From the human T2T-CHM13v2.0 reference genome, Homo sapiens: 64,000 nucleotides of DNA. Below the pieces are notes generated by a model. That model saw only the letters and a program-made list of their open reading frames with translations. It did not search any database and was not told where the DNA came from. The translations under genes were made by a program, and so were the position numbers. Positions 57,662-64,000 of this stretch are shown in pieces. Each line of letters opens with the position of its first letter. The stretch's first letter is position 1. Location: NCBI RefSeq assembly GCF_009914755.1, contig NC_060932.1; one strand, given 5' to 3'.

Positions 57662-59479
57662 ATAATAGAAAAAAATGATGAAGGAGGAGCAATATTCAAA
57701 ATAAAGCAAGGTAATAAATAAGTAGTAGAAAATCTGAATAGGAAAACAAGAGTTTTAAAAAATCAACTGGCATGTAGAATCTGTTTTTAGTTAGGAAAAT
57801 AGTTGATAAAAAATGGGTGGAAGTTGAAGTGGCTGCACATGCCCTACTCAGTCTATTCTGGGTGAAATAATAGCAGAGGGTAGAAGAGAAATGCCTAACA
57901 TCATTGACAATTTCCTAATTATAGAAGAGGTTAGCAAACTTATAAAAGGGAACATGCAATCTGAATAGTAATTAAAGGAGCCAGCCTCAAAGTTTCAAAG
58001 CACATTTTAAATAATTTTGTAATGTGCTGATTTTTAAACATCATTTGAAGTTATTGAAAGGAAATAGACTGAGTTGAAAAGTTATTCTTATTTTTTTCCT
58101 AAAGCTAGAAAAAATAAATTAGGCTTTTTGGCATAGGGAATCTAACTCAAACTGAGGGGTTAGTTTTATATCTAGAAACTACATGATTTGAATAAGCAGA
58201 AGCCATCTAACAACACATTGATAACTGACATAATTTAAAATTAACCAATAAAATAATCCAGCATTGTGTTCACAAAGATGCTTTCATTAGACACTAATTT
58301 TATGCTCTGAAGCATATTTTGTTTAGATTTTTCAAACTAAATATTAAAAATTAGAAAAATTATTATAATCAACCTAAAATAATTAACATAAACAATTAAA
58401 ATGTTTAACATAAACAAATAAATCGATTTTTCAATATTTTACCCAACTAGCAGGATTATAGTGATTTAATAATTATTTTTGATTTTTAAATTAAGCTTGG
58501 TTTTGTCTAAGTAATTCTCATTGGTATTCAGTGGAGTAAATACATTTTTCACTCCCTTTTACATATTAAGAAATGAAGATTGACAGAAGAAACTTGCTTA
58601 TGTCAGAGAGATAAGTGGAAAAATACAGATTATGTTGGATCATTGTGGAACATATGTGTAATTGGAAAACAAGAAAAATATATACATTTGTATACAAATA
58701 ATATTAAACTGTAAATTAAGTGCCATAAAAGCAAATAAAAAATAAACTGGGAAATATTTACAGTACATATTACAAAAAGTTCATTTTTAATGTGTATAGG
58801 TTTCCAATATTCATAAGAGAAAAAGTCAACAAAAGAAAAATAAAGTATATAAGCAATTTGCAGAATAAGTGTGCATGCATATGTATGTAGGCTACTGATT
58901 TCATATTATATATTATATATAATATATAATCAAGCTTTGTAATATTTAAAATCAATTAAATTAAATAAGAATATTTTATTTTAAAATCAATTAAGTTGAA
59001 TTCGTCAATAAGTTGAAGTAACCAAAAATATTCCTTTCTGACTTGAGCTATAAGATTTTAAATATTTTACATTGTTGATGAAGAAATAAATTCAATGTTT
59101 CTGAAAAACTAATTTTACACAATATCTAAGATGGAACATTTAAATGTGATTTGAAACATTAATTTGCCTTCTATGAATAGGTAAAGGGAAATAATCAGAA
59201 TGAAGGCAAAATATTAAGTACAAAGTTTCTCATTACAACATTATTTAGGCAATAGCAAAAAATTGATGAAAATTAGAGCAATAATAACAGTACTATAATT
59301 TTTCTGTAAATTATGGCATATTCACATTCTTAACTCTTTTAAAGTCAATAGAAGCACATTTATGTTTCATTTTATCTAAAATAACAATTAAGATCGTTCT
59401 TTTAACTATGTCTACTTTAGAAGTTTAGTTACTCAACCAATATTCTTGCTAACAAAATATGTTGATTTTATTTAATCAG

Positions 59480-59877
59480 AGTGATTAGACATCACTCTGC
59501 CTCTAGGTGACCTACATATAGAAGACTACATCCTGAGCTTATATGAAATTTGTGATTCATCTGTCTTAGTGGAACCATGACCCTTATTGATCATGAGTTT
59601 AAAGGTAGGTATGTGACCCAATCTGGCAAAAGCAACAAAATTTAGCCTTCTGAAAGCAAAACCTGTTTATTAGCGGGTTACCATTTTGGAAGGAAGAAAA
59701 TAACCTAGGTTCTTAGTAGCTTTATTAAGCTGCAAAACTGCTAATTATATTATGTTTGAAGTTGCCTTACTTTTAAATCTCCAGTATGTGAGAAAACAAA
59801 TTTCTCAATATTTAATTGAGTTTGAGCTTGGATTTAATGTTTCAAATACTCAGTAAATTCCTTATAATAACTAATAC
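59480..59877 (+). mobile_element. Old ERVL/MaLR LTR remnant (LTR33/LTR16-like)
   Basis: ggtatgtgacccaatctggc...ccagtatgtgagaaaacaaatttctc...gagtttgagcttggattt...ctaatac. Confidence 0.4.
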
Positions 59878-59902
59878 TTAGACAAAAAAAAAAAAACCTT
59901 AC

Positions 59903-60030
59903 CTGTAAACACTGTAAAAATGTCATCCACTCCCACAAGCAGAATCCTGAAGATTTTTTTCAGAAATAATAGAAACGAGAACAATGAATGTGGTGATCAC
60001 TTAACAGAGCAGCGGATGCAGAAAAAGAAA
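59903..60030 (-). other. Candidate 128-bp internal non-coding or 5'UTR exon of an unidentified minus-strand transcript
   Basis: Minus strand has acceptor tctttatttattcccccaacag| and donor cag|gtaagg. Sequence is not a recognisable repeat. Stops in all three frames; an ATG lies 24 nt before the donor. Confidence 0.6.
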
Positions 60031-60984
60031 CTGTTGGGGGAATAAATAAAGATTCTTAAAGGAATATCACAAACAAATCCTCTTTTGAACAGAATAATTG
60101 CTTTAGAGGGGACTGTAAGGAAGACTGGAAAGGGAACAATCAAACTATTATATTACAGCTTTCATGCTGGATGCCATTATTGATGTGAAGGCACATTTCA
60201 GAGCTGACATTCAGTTTATAGAGAAATTTTACTGAGTCTATAAGCTCCTATTTGTTTGCATTCTCCTTTAAAAGATTCTTTGTGGTTTAGTTTGAATGTC
60301 TTTCCCTCTCCCCCAACCCCTGAGAAATTTCGTATTTATTCGTATCAAAAGTCTGGGGTCTTTTAAATTGCTATTAATATAGTAGGCCTGGATTGGCCAT
60401 GAAAATGTTTCAATTCAAGCCCAAACCAAAATGAGACTAGCCAGTGGCCTCAAATTCTCAGCAGAAATGTTTTTTCTTGCAATAAACGATAATGTGATGG
60501 GAAAAGTTTCTTTGACATTTGTCTATGTGGGCCAGGATTTCATATCCAGTTTATACTTTTTTGAGCATATAGATGTATTATTTTTGACATTTATGCAGAG
60601 ATTTTTCAGATTCTGCATGGGTCCAAGTCCCCGCTATCCACTCCCATCTCACACCATTTGCCAAGCTGTCTTTAAAACCAAAACCCTCAATCTGCTTGTA
60701 TTGGTAATGATAGTGGGGCAGCTAGTTACTTCAAAGCTTATGTATTTAACCAAGAGTAAAGGATTTACTTCATTTTCTTTCAAGTGCAGTCTTTTATTTT
60801 AAAATATAAGATTCTGGAATATGTATCTAGAATTTTTTAGTTTAATATTTATATATTTAATTTAGATGACAGACTTATTTCAGGGTACCTAGTCTGCCAT
60901 TTTGCTAGAAGAGAAATCTTTGGAGGAAGAATTGTCCCAATATAATTGCTTATAAAATATTAACAGGAAAACACCATATACAAT

Positions 60985-61198
60985 GTGTTTGTATGCATGC
61001 ATGTGTGTATGTCACTTAGGTAAAGTTACATATATATGTATGTATGCATACATGCACATATGTGTCTGTACGAATGTGTCTATGCAGGTGTATAAATATG
61101 TATATGCCTATATGTATGCAAAATTGACATTGCATACATATTTCCAATAAATATAAGCATGTTTGTATGTGTGTATATACATAGCTATGTGTATATTT
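60985..61198. repeat. TA/TG-rich low-complexity tract
   Basis: Degenerate (TATG)n/(TG)n. Confidence 0.8.
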
Positions 61199-61424
61199 TA
61201 AGAATGTATTTTATCAATCTATAAAATATATTTTGTCATTGTGCTAAGATGCTTAGTGATTTTATATTCCTATTTCTTCTGTTAATCATCTTGAAAATAT
61301 ATAAAGCTAGTATTCATTAGTTTATACTAAAAAGTAGGTTATTTAAAAACAAAAAAGATTTTTCTAATTTCTCAAACTGCAATTTACCATTCTGTCCTAA
61401 AAACTCACATAATACTTTAGACTT

Positions 61425-61603
61425 TTAATTTTTTTATTTATCTTTTTTTTTTTTTTAGAGTTAAGGTCATATTATGTTGCCCAGGCTAGAGTACAGTGGC
61501 TGTTCACAGGTGCATTAACAGGGCATTACAGTCTCCAACTCCTGATTCTCCTGCCTCAGCCTCTGGAGGAGCTGGGACTATAGGCACACGCCACTGCTTG
61601 TGG
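61425..61603 (-). mobile_element. FRAM/AluJ-type monomer
   Basis: Poly-T, atgttgcccaggctagagtacagtggctgttcacaggtgc...ctcctgcctcagcctc...gctgggactataggcac. Confidence 0.8.
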
Positions 61604-62934
61604 TTTTGTTTTATATATAGGTCTTTATCTGCTTGTAGATAATAAGCTCTTTAATGATGTCATTCATGTTTGTTCCATCTTTTTGATTTATAGGAGCTAA
61701 TAAAATGCAATTCCTTAAATAATATTATACAAAAGAAAGAGATGGTTTAGACAAAAATCCTCATAGCCATTTTAGCAATACTGAATCTATGAAAAAGCCA
61801 GTTTGATGTACTCACAGTTTACATAAGAAACCTTGAGAAGGTATGGGTAATCATGTTTCAAAATAGCTCCACATTAATAATAGAAAATTTTAGAAATTAT
61901 TATATAATTTTTAAATATTAAAACCTCTTCTGAGTTTTGTGTTTCTATCTTAAACTTAGAAATACTGATGTTTTGCCTCTTAATTTAGAATTAACCACGT
62001 TTTGCCTCTAATTCGAAAACAGGACTACTAAACAACTATTGAAAATAGTGTATCATCTGTTTTGAGATTTACACCATCCATCTATTAGTTCTTAAAAGCT
62101 GTGATCTGAACTGAAAATACTCTGAGTCTTTGGTGTTAGGTGTCATTTGTTTGATTTCAGCTAGTCTTCAAATTATAGTCCTAAGTATTTTAGCTCTATC
62201 TAATTACACTTCAAGTACAAAAGGAAACTATTCAGTTCTCTAAGTTACAAAAAAGATTTCAAGAAATTTCTACCTAATAAAGTAACCATTACTAAGGCAC
62301 AATATAAAAAGGAAAACTTTATAGCAAAGGGACACCAGCAAAGAAATATTGACACAATAACATATTGGATATTTGCTTTTTGAGTGTCAACTGTTGCTCA
62401 ATGCAATTCTACCTAATAATGATTTTTAAGGTTACATCAAATGTTACAATCATGAAACCACTTCAGTCACTCACGTTTAACTTTTTTTCCAAATGCTTTT
62501 CCACAGAGTCATTTATTAGGATAATCATGTTAAAAATAACACTAACAACAATTTCAGCTGAATGCATACTTTTCACCTTAATCCTTATGTATATTCTTGA
62601 GGTAGTCTTTATTATTACTGTTTACACATAACGTTGAAACAGTCATATACCTAATGTGACAGAACCAAGAATTGACAACAAATCTATCTCCATACCTGTG
62701 CCAATTGTCATCAGAGGAAATTAATATACTAATAATTTTCTAGAAAATGTTTTACTTATTATTTTATGCCTTTTATGACTTTATTTCCTCCAAATTAAAT
62801 GGCATATTTTTTGGCAAACAATCTTATAAGTTAAAGTCATTTATTTTCTTCATTTTTTTCCCTAAAAATTAAAAAAGAAAGCAACATTGTAGATCTTTCA
62901 CTACCTGATTTCAATACTCACTATAGACACAGTC

Positions 62935-63358
62935 TGTCTTAGTTCATTGGTGTTGCTATAAAGAAATACCTGAGTCTGGGTAATTTATATTTAAAAAAAA
63001 AGGTTTACTTGGCTCATAGTCCTGCAAGTTATATAAGAATCATTACACAAGCAACTATTTCTGGTGAGGAGTTCAGGAAGTTTCCACTCATTGTGGAAGG
63101 AGAAAGAGAGCAGGCGTTATATGGCAAGAGAGGAAGAAAGAGGGAGGGAAAGGAAGTGCCAGTCTCTTTATAACAATCAGTTCCCACAGGAACTGACAGA
63201 ATGGAAACTCACTTGTTACCAGGAGGAAGAGAAAGGCACCAAGCCATTCATGAAGGATCCACCTTCAAACCCAAATACCTCCCACTAAGCCCAACCTGTA
63301 ATATTAACAATGAATTTTCACATGAGATTTGGAGGAGGCAAATATCCAAACTATATCA
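62935..63358 (-). mobile_element. MST (MSTB-like) MaLR solo LTR
   Basis: tgtcttagttcatt...gctataaagaaatacctgag...atatccaaactatatca; 5-bp TSD cagtc/ctgtc with one mismatch. Confidence 0.85.
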
Positions 63359-63365
63359 CTGTCTG

Positions 63366-63412
63366 AAAACCAAACCAAACCAAACCAAACAAAAACAAAA
63401 CCAAAACAAAAT
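63366..63412. repeat. (CAAAC/CAAAA)n simple repeat
   Basis: Direct reading. Confidence 0.85.
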
Positions 63413-63420
63413 ACAACAAT

Positions 63421-63472
63421 TCCAGGAGTTTGACGCCATCCTGGGCAAAATAGTGAGACCCTATCTAAAAAA
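63421..63472 (+). mobile_element. FLAM/Alu left-monomer 3' fragment
   Basis: ccaggagtttgacgccatcctgggcaaaatagtgagaccctatctaaaaa. Confidence 0.75.
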
Positions 63473-63489
63473 TATGTGTGTAAAAATAA

Positions 63490-64000
63490 AAAAAAGAATA
63501 GACACATAAACTAAGTTGTATATAAAAAGTATAATAAAGAACTTAGAAACAGACATACACAAATAAGTCAACTGTTTTATACAAATGCAAAGAGGCAATT
63601 CAGTGGAGAAATAATAGCATATTCAAAAATGATGCTGAAATAATTAGACAGCCCTATGCAAAATGGTGGTACTAGATAGACTTTACCATTTAGAAGAAAT
63701 TAGCTCAAAATGGAACATAGATCTAAACATAAACAGTAAAACTGTAAACTTCTAGGACCTAACATAGAAAAATATCTATATACCTTGGGTATGGTAATAA
63801 ATCTGAATTACAACACCAAAAGCATAATTCATGAAAAAAAAGATAAGTTAGAATTCATTAAAATTATACTTGTGCTCAATGAGAAACACTGTAAAGAGAA
63901 TGAAAAAAGTCAGAAATTGGGAGAAGATATTTGCAAAATACATATTTGATAAAGAACTTGTATCCAAAATATACAAAAAATTATTTAAACTCATCAATAA
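63490..64000 (+). mobile_element. L1M ORF2 fragment (continuation of about 62860-62930; runs off the window)
   Basis: aatagacacata...attcagtggaga...aaaactgtaaacttctagga...acaacaccaaaagcata...gggagaagatatttgcaaatacatatttgataaag. Confidence 0.85.

Overview
AT-rich, CpG-poor primate DNA (human-like, from the AluY, AluS, L1PA and THE1B repeats), intronic or intergenic. I find no intact protein-coding gene. The ORFs in the track are L1 ORF2, Alu or THE1 read-through, one decayed ERVL pol remnant, or chance ORFs. The window is dominated by transposon fossils: about 12 Alus or Alu fragments, three L1PA 3' ends, two L1s with 5' inversions, older L1M, L2 and MIR, a THE1B provirus, MST/MLT/MER93-like LTRs and MER3/MER33. 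The best gene-like signal is a 128-bp minus-strand exon candidate (59903-60030) with stops in all three frames. The most notable structures are: (1) a ~130-bp near-identical inverted repeat pair (3352-3484 / 4682-4809) around a 1.2-kb spacer; (2) a 60-nt near-perfect hairpin at 5729-5788; (3) a tailless 5S rRNA retropseudogene with a 13-bp TSD; (4) shared non-consensus variants in two L1PA copies 16 kb apart, suggesting gene conversion; (5) a THE1B whose 5' LTR keeps a DUX4 motif but has lost its polyA signal. I see no evidence of a new multi-gene system. Repeat subfamily names come from remembered consensus sequences and need RepeatMasker/Dfam confirmation. Boundaries of old repeats are approximate.
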